This document shows positions 10,088 through 18,229 of a DNA stretch of 64,000 nt, piece after piece (within the stretch, counting starts at the first letter, position 1; the number at the start of each line of letters is the position of its first letter). The notes beneath the pieces were generated by a model. The model saw only the letters and a program-made list of their open reading frames with translations. It made no database searches and was not told the DNA's origin. A program made the translations under genes and the position numbers. Where the stretch lies: positions 372,001 through 436,000 of the forward strand of contig NZ_JMCB01000006.1 in assembly GCF_000737315.1 (NCBI RefSeq). The letters run 5' to 3'. Source of the DNA: Hyalangium minutum (GTDB lineage: Bacteria > Myxococcota > Myxococcia > Myxococcales > Myxococcaceae).

Positions 10088-10140
10088 GGGACCCCCGCCG
10101 CGCCGCGACACGCGGACTCGGTGTGGGGTCCCTTCTTTTT
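10088..10140 (+). terminator. Intrinsic terminator after susCD
   Basis: GGGACCCC (10088-10095) pairs with GGGGTCCC (10125-10132), with inner stems, followed by TTCTTTTT. Confidence 0.75.
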
Positions 10141-10246
10141 GCGGGCTCCACCGGGGGCGGAGGGTGTGGCGCTCGGGCTACAGTGCCTGCGGCCTCTGGG
10201 GTTTCACGGAATCGAGATAGAGGTCTTCCACTTTGGGAGGAGCATC

Positions 10247-12298
10247 ATGGGAATGAAGCGTTTCGCTTCCGCGGCGCTGTTGCTGTGGAGTGCGGCCCCG
10301 GCGATGGCGGCACCGCAGGAGACGGCCGTCACGCAGCAGGCCACGGACCGCGAGCAGTGGATCACCCTCGGCGAGGACACGCTGTTGCCGGTGTTGACGG
10401 CGCTGCGCGGGGCGGGCTGGCAGCAGCCGGGCCCGGTGCAGACGAAGAACGGCGTGGCGACGCTGCTGGTGAAGGAGTCGCTGCTGCCGGTGGTCGCCAA
10501 GGTGATGCACGACAAGTACAACCGGTGCGCGGGTTTCATCGCCCACGAGTCGGAGCAGGAGGCGACGCTGGCGATGGAGACGGCGGGGACGCCGGTGCCG
10601 TCCCGGGCCCAGGTCACCTATTCCATCGACAACGGGGTGACGGTGTACCCGCTGCTCGGCGAGCTGCAGGAGCTGAACATCCGCAACACCATCACCACGA
10701 TGTCCAACTACAACAACCGGTACTACACGGCGCAGACGGGCGTGGAATCCGCCAACTGGCTGAAGTCGCACTGGGAGAGCCTGGCAGCGGGGCGGCCGGA
10801 TGTGAACGTGGCCACGTTCACGCACCCGGGGTGGCCCCAGCCGTCGGTCATCCTGACGATGACGGGCACCACGCTGCCCAACGAGGTGGTGGTGCTGGGC
10901 GGGCACCTGGACTCGATCAACGGCAGCAACCCGACGACGGGCCGGGCTCCGGGCTCGGACGATGACGCGTCGGGGATTGCGTCGCTCACGGAGGTCATCC
11001 GCGCGGCGATGGCCATGGGCTACCGGCCGGCGCGCACGGTGAAGTTCATGGGCTACGCGGCCGAGGAGGTGGGGCTGAAGGGCTCGAAGGAAGTCGCCGA
11101 GTGGCACAAGAACAACGCGGTGAACGTGGTGGGCGTGCTGCAGTTGGACATGACGAACTACCACGGCTCGACCGTGGACATCGGCCTGCTGACGGACAAC
11201 GTGAACGCGGCGCAGAACACGTTCCTCACCAACATCATCGACACGTACCAGATTGGGAGGTGGCAGAACACGCAGTGTGGGTACGGATGCTCGGACCACG
11301 TGTCGTGGACGAACAACGGGTATCCGTCCTCGCTGCCGTTCGAGTCGCTGATGTCGGATGACAACCCGGCCATTCACACGACGAGCGACACGCTGGCGCA
11401 GAGCGGAGGGACGGCGGACCACGCGCTGAAGTTCTCGAAGATCGCGGCGGGCTTCATGGCGGAGCTGGCCAAGGGGATGCTGGCGGGCGGTGCGAGCGAC
11501 ACGACTCCGCCGATGGCGGCGCTGATGGCGCCGTCGAATGGGTCCACGGTGACAGGGACGACGACGATTACCGCGGGAGCCTCGGACGACGTGGCGGTGA
11601 GCCGGGTGGAGTTCTGGGTGGACGGGGCGCTGAAGGGCTCGGACACGACGGCGCCGTACAGCTACGCGTGGAACACGTCAGCGACGGCGAACGGGAGCCG
11701 GACGCTGCGGGTGAAGGCGTACGACGCGGCGGGGAACGTGGGGACGAGCACGGGGTTGACGGTGATGGTGAACAACGTGAGCACGCTGGCGGTGTACGAC
11801 GCGGAGCTGATGGCGCCGAAGTGCGGCACGGTGAACAGCGTGTGTGACTCGGGTCCGTCGCTGCTGAACGGGCGCGCGAACCTGGGACCGGAGCTGAGCA
11901 AGCCGAACACGCTGGGGGGGACGTGCGCGGATGGAGCTGCGGGCGTGTACCACGGTGACGAGTCGGTGGATCGGCTGAAGGTGTCGACAACGGACGGGAC
12001 GCCGTTCGCGGCGGGAAAGACGGTGCGCATCGAGGCCACGGTGTGGGCCTACTCCGTGTACGCGTCGGACAAATTGGACCTGTACTACACGGCGAACGCG
12101 AACAACCCGAGCTGGACGTTCCTGGGGACGCTGTCGCCGACGAAGGCGGGCTCGCAGGTGCTGTCGGCGACGTACACGCTGCCGGCGGGAGCGCAGCAGG
12201 CGGTGCGAGCGAACTTCCGCTACGGCGGCAGCGCGAACGTGTGCGCGGCGGGCTCGTACACGGACCACGATGACCTGGTGTTCTCGGTGACGCCGTAG
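10247..12298 (+). CDS. Secreted M28 aminopeptidase (Vibrio LAP-like) with bacterial Ig-like domain and C-terminal Cys-containing domain
   Basis: GGGAGG RBS and signal peptide. Zn ligands in GGHLDS, GSDDDASG, AAEEVGL, LQLDMT and SDH. Ig-like DTTPP...DDVAVSRVEFWVDG segment. The track start at 9953 is an over-extension. Confidence 0.9.
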   Translation: MGMKRFASAALLLWSAAPAMAAPQETAVTQQATDREQWITLGEDTLLPVLTALRGAGWQQPGPVQTKNGVATLLVKESLLPVVAKVMHDKYNRCAGFIAHESEQEATLAMETAGTPVPSRAQVTYSIDNGVTVYPLLGELQELNIRNTITTMSNYNNRYYTAQTGVESANWLKSHWESLAAGRPDVNVATFTHPGWPQPSVILTMTGTTLPNEVVVLGGHLDSINGSNPTTGRAPGSDDDASGIASLTEVIRAAMAMGYRPARTVKFMGYAAEEVGLKGSKEVAEWHKNNAVNVVGVLQLDMTNYHGSTVDIGLLTDNVNAAQNTFLTNIIDTYQIGRWQNTQCGYGCSDHVSWTNNGYPSSLPFESLMSDDNPAIHTTSDTLAQSGGTADHALKFSKIAAGFMAELAKGMLAGGASDTTPPMAALMAPSNGSTVTGTTTITAGASDDVAVSRVEFWVDGALKGSDTTAPYSYAWNTSATANGSRTLRVKAYDAAGNVGTSTGLTVMVNNVSTLAVYDAELMAPKCGTVNSVCDSGPSLLNGRANLGPELSKPNTLGGTCADGAAGVYHGDESVDRLKVSTTDGTPFAAGKTVRIEATVWAYSVYASDKLDLYYTANANNPSWTFLGTLSPTKAGSQVLSATYTLPAGAQQAVRANFRYGGSANVCAAGSYTDHDDLVFSVTP

Positions 12299-12322
12299 CG
12301 CGAGGTTCCGAGCGGTGAAGAC

Positions 12323-12360
12323 CGGTGGGCCTGGGACGTGTTCCCGGGCCCACTGTGTTT
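12323..12360 (+). terminator. Probable intrinsic terminator after the M28 gene
   Basis: GTGGGCCTGGGA pairs with TCCCGGGCCCAC, followed by TGTGTTT. Confidence 0.6.
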
Positions 12361-12376
12361 GTGGAGCGATCGAGGC

Positions 12377-12454
12377 ATGAACTCCTGGTCTTGGATCCTG
12401 CTGATGAGCCTCTGTCTTGGAGGTTGCGTCGACTGCCAACGGTTTCTGGCCTGA
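12377..12454 (+). CDS. Tiny lipoprotein-like ORF or lipoprotein gene remnant (MNSWSWILLMSLCLGGCVDCQRFLA)
   Basis: GAGG upstream of ATG 12377, hydrophobic core, lipobox-like LGGC, then TGA 8 residues after the Cys. Confidence 0.35.
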   Translation: MNSWSWILLMSLCLGGCVDCQRFLA

Positions 12455-12487
12455 GGCCATCTACACTTGGAACGGAGTGCGGCTGTC

Positions 12488-12997
12488 ATGCCCCGGCATC
12501 TGACACGCGCAGAGGAAGACCGGTTCATGGCGTGGGCGCGTGAGCGAGATCGCCTCATCCTTGTGCTTCAGAAAGCATCCATCCCGGAGAAGGTCCAAGC
12601 GTACAAGCGCCTGGAAAGACAAATTCTCAAGGAGGCGCGAACCCCTTACGAGAAGCGGGAGATGAAGAGACGCATCACCGAGGACCTGCTCATGGCGACC
12701 ATGGCAGGTCCCTGGAGGGGGTTCTCTCCATACCTGCGGCGGATGGAACGGCTCGGCTACTCCTCAATGGATTGCCGTTTGCTCGTCTGTTCCTGGGCAG
12801 CGCAGGCTTCTAAAGGATCTTCTGCGGGGCTGCGTAAAGCTGCTGCGCTCATTGCTGACTTCGAACGGCGAGCCCGTGGTCAGAAATTGCGGCCGGAGCT
12901 GCGCGAGCAGAGCAACGTCATTCTGGAGCGGGCCCGAAGATCTGCGGGTCTTGGGTCCGGGAAGAGCACGACCGAGAAGAGTACCTCACCGGAATAG
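12488..12997 (+). CDS. Hypothetical basic, helical protein
   Basis: Single sizeable ORF in this interval, with lower GC3 than the flanks. No motif assigned. Confidence 0.65.
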   Translation: MPRHLTRAEEDRFMAWARERDRLILVLQKASIPEKVQAYKRLERQILKEARTPYEKREMKRRITEDLLMATMAGPWRGFSPYLRRMERLGYSSMDCRLLVCSWAAQASKGSSAGLRKAAALIADFERRARGQKLRPELREQSNVILERARRSAGLGSGKSTTEKSTSPE

Positions 12998-13162
12998 AAC
13001 CCGGTGGGCAAGCATCGGCCAGAGGCATCGCAGGAGAACAGCCGTGCCATGCTTCTGGGAGTTGCCTGCGCCAACCCCGAGGGAACTGTCGCTGCTCTGC
13101 ACCGTCACAGGATCACATTTTGGCAGCCCGATATTGAACTCGGAAACGCTCCGTATCCGGCC

Positions 13163-13852
13163 TCAGATCAGCGCGTAGGCGCCGCGGAGGGTTCTTCCCC
13201 ACCCCTCGAAGGCGTCGCCATTCCGAGTGCCATCCTTCTTACGGCCGTAGTGATCAACGTACCCGTTCGAGGCATACACGGCGTGCTTGGAGGAGGCAGC
13301 GACCACCGCCTTGTAGTTGTCCAGGTCACGCGGGTTGATCTTCCGCATGTGGTTCTTGAGCCCCAGCCAGCGGGCACCCTCGAGATAGCTCTCACCGTCG
13401 TTCAAGCTCTGGCACGCCCTCTCGAAGGACATGTTCTTGCGGCCATCGTTCCCTTCGAGCTGGGCGCGGTTGGCCATCGCCGCGTACATCAGGTTCGCCT
13501 GGCGCAGGAGCGAGGGATCCTTCCCGGAGAAGCGGGAGAGACGGCTGGCGGTGGACAGCTCCGCATCGCTGACCCGCACTTTCACCCCGTCGCGCATGGT
13601 GACGTCGTACCCATTCCCGCTGCGCGTCACGCTCTTGAAGACCTGGTCCGGCCCGAACCTCGTCATCGCAGCCTTGATGGCGGCAACGCTGACGCAGTTG
13701 CCCGTTCCCCCTTGCTTGAACCCCGAAAAGTAGGCGTCGGGGTTCGTCACACGGCTGCCCTGCGAGGCGGGCACCTCCGGTTGGGACGGCCGCCCAGAGG
13801 GCTTGGAGGTGACTCGAGACGGCGCAGGAGCAGGGCGATTGACGAGGAACAT
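13163..13852 (-). CDS. Hypothetical protein with papain-like Cys/His motifs
   Basis: FKQGGTGNCVSVAAIKA places Gln six residues before Cys, as in papain Q19/C25. SKHAV..YVDHYG follows. Low-complexity N-terminus, no signal peptide. Confidence 0.65.
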   Translation of the reverse strand: MFLVNRPAPAPSRVTSKPSGRPSQPEVPASQGSRVTNPDAYFSGFKQGGTGNCVSVAAIKAAMTRFGPDQVFKSVTRSGNGYDVTMRDGVKVRVSDAELSTASRLSRFSGKDPSLLRQANLMYAAMANRAQLEGNDGRKNMSFERACQSLNDGESYLEGARWLGLKNHMRKINPRDLDNYKAVVAASSKHAVYASNGYVDHYGRKKDGTRNGDAFEGWGRTLRGAYALI

Positions 13853-14027
13853 GGGGGGCTTTGCGCACCGGCCAAAGAGACCCGTAGTGGCCGTCCTGCG
13901 TACATTCTCGGAGGAACTGGAGAAATGTTTCGTGCCTTTCTACGGAGGAGATTGCCGAAGGCGAACTCGAACGGCTGCATGCATACTTGCCCTCGAGGAG
14001 GCGGTTTCAGGGCGATGGAGGAGCAGG

Positions 14028-14657
14028 ATGATGCTGCGGGTGTCTGTAGCGCTGATGCTCCTGCTGGCAACAGGGTGTGGCAGCTCGCGCGTGGTGCGGC
14101 TGGAGACAGAGCCGGGACGAACTTTGGAGTACGCACCGGCCTCCTGGAACCGCTCCGTGGAGGTGGACCGTCACGCCTTCGAGGAAGCTCTGACGCAGCT
14201 GGTGCTGACAGAGCCCTTCACCCTGCGTCCCGCGCATTCAAGGGAGCTGGTACGCACCTCCTTCTGGAGTTCCCCCGAGGCTCCCCGCTGGCAAGACCTG
14301 GCGCACAAGAGTCTCGGCGGTCTGTGCCAGCCAGGACAGCCCAAGGAACACTGCCTCTCGGTGCTCGATGACGTCTTGCGCTGGAGCGAGATGGAAAAGC
14401 TGGCCATGGCCCTGGGCCTGTCGTTCGATCCCTTGCGAGACAGCATCGCCGCAGCCGTCCAGAACACGCTGGCCCCAGAACTCTGAATGAAGAATGGGAA
14501 GCCTCCGATCGGCCCGGACGGCCACCCCATGGAACTCCATCACAAGGTGCCGCTGGCGGAAGGCGGGACCAACTCGTTCGAGAACCTCGCCATCAAGACG
14601 CGAACCGAGCACCGCCTCGGACCCAACTACAAGCAGAACCATCCGAACTTGCCATGA
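14028..14657 (+). pseudogene. Internally deleted SitA5-like lipoprotein toxin: lipoprotein N-terminus (14028-14486) fused to HNH/EndoVII nuclease tip (14487-14657)
   Basis: GGAGG RBS, lipobox ATGC and SRVVRLET N-terminus. The frame stops at APEL*. The next in-frame codons give MKNGKPPIGPDGHPMELHHKVPLAEGGTNSFENL...EH, an HNH-type motif whose TGA overlaps the immunity ATG. Confidence 0.75.
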
Positions 14658-15097
14658 CGTTCGACGAACTTGCCCGGAGGCTTGAGCTGTCACCCGCGAA
14701 GACCCTGGGTTCAGGAGCGAGCGAGCCCACCATCGTTGCCGCCAGTGCTCGGCTGAGTGTGAGCCTGAACGGCGGCTATCGGTGCTTCTTGCAGCGCTTC
14801 GGCTGGGGAGGTGTCGGCTCCTTCGAACTCTACGGGCTGGGCTCGGATGTTCCGCCGTACTTGGATCTGGTCTCTGTCACAGAGAGCGAGAGAACGGAGA
14901 TGCATCCAGCCCTTCCTCCCTATCTCATCCCGCTCATGAATGATGGGGGTGGCAATCTCTACTGTCTGGACTCGAGAAGAGAGGGTGAGCCGCCTGTCGT
15001 CTTCTGGAATCATTCGGACAGCGCATCGCAAGAACCTGAGCGAGTGGCTGCGGATTTCCTCTCTTGGATGGCAGAACAGGTTGAGCGCCCTGACTGA
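14654..15097 (+). CDS. SMI1/KNR4 (SUKH) immunity protein
   Basis: GASEPTIVAASARL..SLNGGYRCFLQRFG and LIPLMNDGGGNLYCLD..PVVFWNH..AADFLSWM. ATGA overlap with the toxin remnant. Confidence 0.88.
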   Translation: MTFDELARRLELSPAKTLGSGASEPTIVAASARLSVSLNGGYRCFLQRFGWGGVGSFELYGLGSDVPPYLDLVSVTESERTEMHPALPPYLIPLMNDGGGNLYCLDSRREGEPPVVFWNHSDSASQEPERVAADFLSWMAEQVERPD

Positions 15098-16191
15098 TGG
15101 CTAAAGCACGCATGACCACAGAGACCCTGGAAGCACGGGCCCGCAAGCAGGGCTCCCCCCTCATCGACGGCGACACCGCCACCTTCGTGTGGCTCGGGCG
15201 CAGGCCCGTCTCTGTCACCGGTGACTTCCAGGACTGGACCGGCGAGCCGCTCCCCCTGGAGCAGGTGTCTCCCGGGGTATGGGCTCGGACCCTCACCCTG
15301 CCTCGCGATGCCTATATCGAGTATGCGCTCCTGGACTCGCGCGGCCGCCGCGTGAAGGACCCCCACAACCGCCACCGCGCTCCCAACGGCATGGGGGCCT
15401 TCAACCACTTCTTCTCCATGCCCGAGCACAGCCCCACCGAGCTGGCTCGCCCCTCCTCTGACCGGCTCCCCCAAGGCCGCGTCACCCGCCACACCGTTCA
15501 GACCTCCGAGTTCGCTGTCGGCCCGTCGCGCGAGGTCTTCCTCTATGCCCCCCCCGTCCCGGGGCCCTATCCACTCGTGGCCGTCCTCGACGGCACCGAC
15601 TACCTGCGCCGCGCCCACCTCGTCCCCCTCGTCGACAACCTCATCCGCCAGCAGCGCATCCGCCCCATCGCCCTCGCCATGGCCGCCAACGGCGGCTCCT
15701 CCCGCACCGTCGAATACTCCTGCAACGACGCCACCCTGGGCTTCCTCCTCCACCAGGTGCTCCCGCTCGCCAGGAAGAAGCTCCCGCTCATCGACGAGAC
15801 CACCCAGCCCGGCATCCACGGCGTGCTCGGCGCCTCCCTCGGAGGCCTCATGGCCCTCTACCTGGGCCTGCGCGCACCCCACGTCTTCGGGCGCGTGCTC
15901 AGCCAGTCCGGCGCCTTCGCCATCCCCGACCATGGAGACATGGCCGTGTTCGACCTGGCCCGCGCCTCGAAAAGCCGCCCCCTCTCCGTCTGGATGGACT
16001 GCGGCATCTTCGAGCGCCTCACCGATGGCAACCGGCGCATGCTCCCCGTCCTCAAGAAGGCCGGCCACCGCGTCCTCTACCGGGAGTACTCCGCCGGTCA
16101 CAACTACCCCGCATGGAGAGATGACGTCTGGCGTGGCCTCGAGTGGCTCTACCGCCCCAGGGTCCGCAGGTCGAAAGGCCCCTCCCTGTAA
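15097..16191 (+). CDS. Enterochelin esterase (Fes)-like alpha/beta hydrolase with N-terminal CBM48-like domain
   Basis: VSVTGDFQDW N-terminal domain, LDGTDY, nucleophile GASLGG and GHNYPAW. Confidence 0.88.
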   Translation: MAKARMTTETLEARARKQGSPLIDGDTATFVWLGRRPVSVTGDFQDWTGEPLPLEQVSPGVWARTLTLPRDAYIEYALLDSRGRRVKDPHNRHRAPNGMGAFNHFFSMPEHSPTELARPSSDRLPQGRVTRHTVQTSEFAVGPSREVFLYAPPVPGPYPLVAVLDGTDYLRRAHLVPLVDNLIRQQRIRPIALAMAANGGSSRTVEYSCNDATLGFLLHQVLPLARKKLPLIDETTQPGIHGVLGASLGGLMALYLGLRAPHVFGRVLSQSGAFAIPDHGDMAVFDLARASKSRPLSVWMDCGIFERLTDGNRRMLPVLKKAGHRVLYREYSAGHNYPAWRDDVWRGLEWLYRPRVRRSKGPSL

Positions 16192-16233
16192 CCCCCAGAG
16201 CGTGTACGCTGCGGGTGCGTCCCGGGAGTCCCG

Positions 16234-16824
16234 ATGGAACTGTCACCCTCGATGGTCGTCGAGGTCGCGAGCAACAGCGCCGCTGGCTTCGGCCTCCGCC
16301 TCGCCGCTCGCCTCATCGACCTGCTGTTCGGCGTCCTGCTCGTCTTCCTCGGCGGCGCGGCGGGCGCCCGGCTCCTCGGCGTGCTGGCCGAGCAGGGCCT
16401 CGTCCACGGCGACTGGGGCGCCGCCGCCCGTCTGCTCACCCCCGCCGGAATCGCGTGGGCCCTGCTGGGCGCCCTCCTCTACTCCATCACCTCCGAGGCC
16501 GTGGGCGGCGCCACCCTGGGCAAGGTCCTCCTCCGGCTGCGCGTCACCTCCGAGGACCTCACGCCCTCCACCTTCCAGGGAGCGCTCCTGCGCAACGCGG
16601 GGCTCGTCGTCGACGCGCTCGGTGTACCCGCTTACCGGGCCATGTCCCGCTCGCTCATGAGCCAGCGCCTTGGCGACCAGTGGGGCCACACCGTCGTGCT
16701 CCTCGCCAGCGCTGTCCCTCCGGACTCGCGCAAGAGCCTCGGCCTCCTCCTGCTGGGCCTCTTCAGTGGCAGCGTGCTCTGGGGCCTCTGCACCGCCCTC
16801 TCCGTGGTGCTCCGCGCCCTGTAG
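16234..16824 (+). CDS. RDD-family membrane protein
   Basis: AGFGLRLAARLIDLL, GATLGKVLLRLRV and SQRLGDQWGHTVV. Confidence 0.85.
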   Translation: MELSPSMVVEVASNSAAGFGLRLAARLIDLLFGVLLVFLGGAAGARLLGVLAEQGLVHGDWGAAARLLTPAGIAWALLGALLYSITSEAVGGATLGKVLLRLRVTSEDLTPSTFQGALLRNAGLVVDALGVPAYRAMSRSLMSQRLGDQWGHTVVLLASAVPPDSRKSLGLLLLGLFSGSVLWGLCTALSVVLRAL

Positions 16825-16849
16825 CCACCCCCTCCCCGCCCCGGCGCGC

Positions 16850-17260
16850 TCAGCTCCGGTGCAGGCCCAGCCACGCCGACACCAGCCCCACCACCACCGC
16901 CAGCCCCACGTTCGTCCAGCCGAGCACCAAGCCAGCCCGCGCCCACTCGCGCCCCGCTCGCGGCGTGTCTCCCCGCTCGATGCTCCGCAGCTCCGCGTAG
17001 GCCAGCACCAGCCCCAGCAGCCCCGGCACGAACGCCAGGCACAGCCCCGCGCCCCCGAGGACTCCCGAGGCCACGGCCCTCCGCGAGGCCGACCCCAGCC
17101 GTGCATGCTCCTCGCACGTCCGGCACCACCCGTGCGCTCCGGACAGGGCCAGGCACGACACACAGCTGAGCGCGGCACAGCGGCGGCACGGCGCCACCGC
17201 CCCCTGCTCGGGGTGCAAGTGGCACGGGGCCGGCGGCGGCTTCACCGGGGCTTCACGCAT
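16850..17260 (-). CDS. Membrane protein with N-terminal Cys/His zinc-binding motif and DUF4190-like domain
   Basis: CHLHPEQ..CRRC..SCVSC..CRTC, then two TM segments with GLVLAYAELRSIERG..GREWARAGLVLG. Confidence 0.7.
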   Translation of the reverse strand: MREAPVKPPPAPCHLHPEQGAVAPCRRCAALSCVSCLALSGAHGWCRTCEEHARLGSASRRAVASGVLGGAGLCLAFVPGLLGLVLAYAELRSIERGDTPRAGREWARAGLVLGWTNVGLAVVVGLVSAWLGLHRS

Positions 17261-17382
17261 GGGCAGGCCTTCCCACACCGCCCAGCGTAGCTCCAAGGCT
17301 CCATTCCGTGCATGTCCCCGCCAGGAATGCTACTTGAGAGGTAGTCCTGCTCTTCGCGAAGAGCTTCGGCCTGAGGTCACGC

Positions 17383-18192
17383 ATGTCGGATGCACTCATC
17401 GTGCTGGTGACGGGAGCAACAGCGGGGATTGGATTGCAGACGGCCACCGACCTGGCACGGCTGGGCGTCCAGGTCATCGTGCACGGCCGCAGCCAGGAGA
17501 AGGTCGACCAGGCCCGCCGCGCCATCGAGCAGGAGGGGGGCAGTACCTCTGGGGTGGTGTTCGAGCTGTCCTCGCTGGCGAGCATCCGCCGGGGCGCCGA
17601 GGACCTCGCGCGCCGCTTCCCCCGCCTGGACGTGCTGGTGAACAACGCGGGCGTCTTCATGAACGAGCGCGAGCTCTCGGAGGACGGCTTCGAGATGACC
17701 TTCCACGTCAACCACCTGGCGCCCTTCCTGTTGACGAACCTGCTGCTGCAGGGGCCGCTGAAGGGGCCTGGCGCCCGCATCGTCAACGTGAGCTCCATCG
17801 CCCACAGCCGGGGCCGGATGCGTTTCGAGGACCTCCAGCTCACGCGCGGCTTCCAGGGCTACGCGGCCTATGCGCAGTCGAAGCTGGCCAACATCCTCTT
17901 CACCTTCGAGCTCGCCGAGCGCCTCCCCGCCGAGCAAGTCACCGCGAACTGCCTCCACCCAGGCGTGGTGAGCACCAAGCTGCTCGTCGAGGGCTTTGGC
18001 ATGGAGGGCAGTGACACGGTGGAGGAGGGCGCGGAGACCTCGGTGTTCCTCGCCACCTCCGAGGACGTCACGGGCGTAACGGGCCGCTACTTCGCCCGCA
18101 AGCGCGAGGTGAACCCCGCGCCCCAGGCGCTCGACGTGTCCGCGCGCAAGCAGCTCTGGGAGATCAGCGAGAAGCTGAGCGGGCTGCGCTGA
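17383..18192 (+). CDS. SDR-family oxidoreductase (retinol dehydrogenase-like)
   Basis: TGATAGIG, LVNNAGV, catalytic YAQSK and LHPGVV. Confidence 0.92.
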   Translation: MSDALIVLVTGATAGIGLQTATDLARLGVQVIVHGRSQEKVDQARRAIEQEGGSTSGVVFELSSLASIRRGAEDLARRFPRLDVLVNNAGVFMNERELSEDGFEMTFHVNHLAPFLLTNLLLQGPLKGPGARIVNVSSIAHSRGRMRFEDLQLTRGFQGYAAYAQSKLANILFTFELAERLPAEQVTANCLHPGVVSTKLLVEGFGMEGSDTVEEGAETSVFLATSEDVTGVTGRYFARKREVNPAPQALDVSARKQLWEISEKLSGLR

Positions 18193-18229
18193 ACCCCGCC
18201 CACCCAGCTCCCCACCGCCCTGCCCCAAA

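Noticed and set aside
14484-14489. In-frame TGA-ATG as possible selenocysteine or readthrough
   Set aside because: No SECIS-like hairpin was recognised and the fused product would lack the expected central part of the toxin. A deletion junction is simpler.
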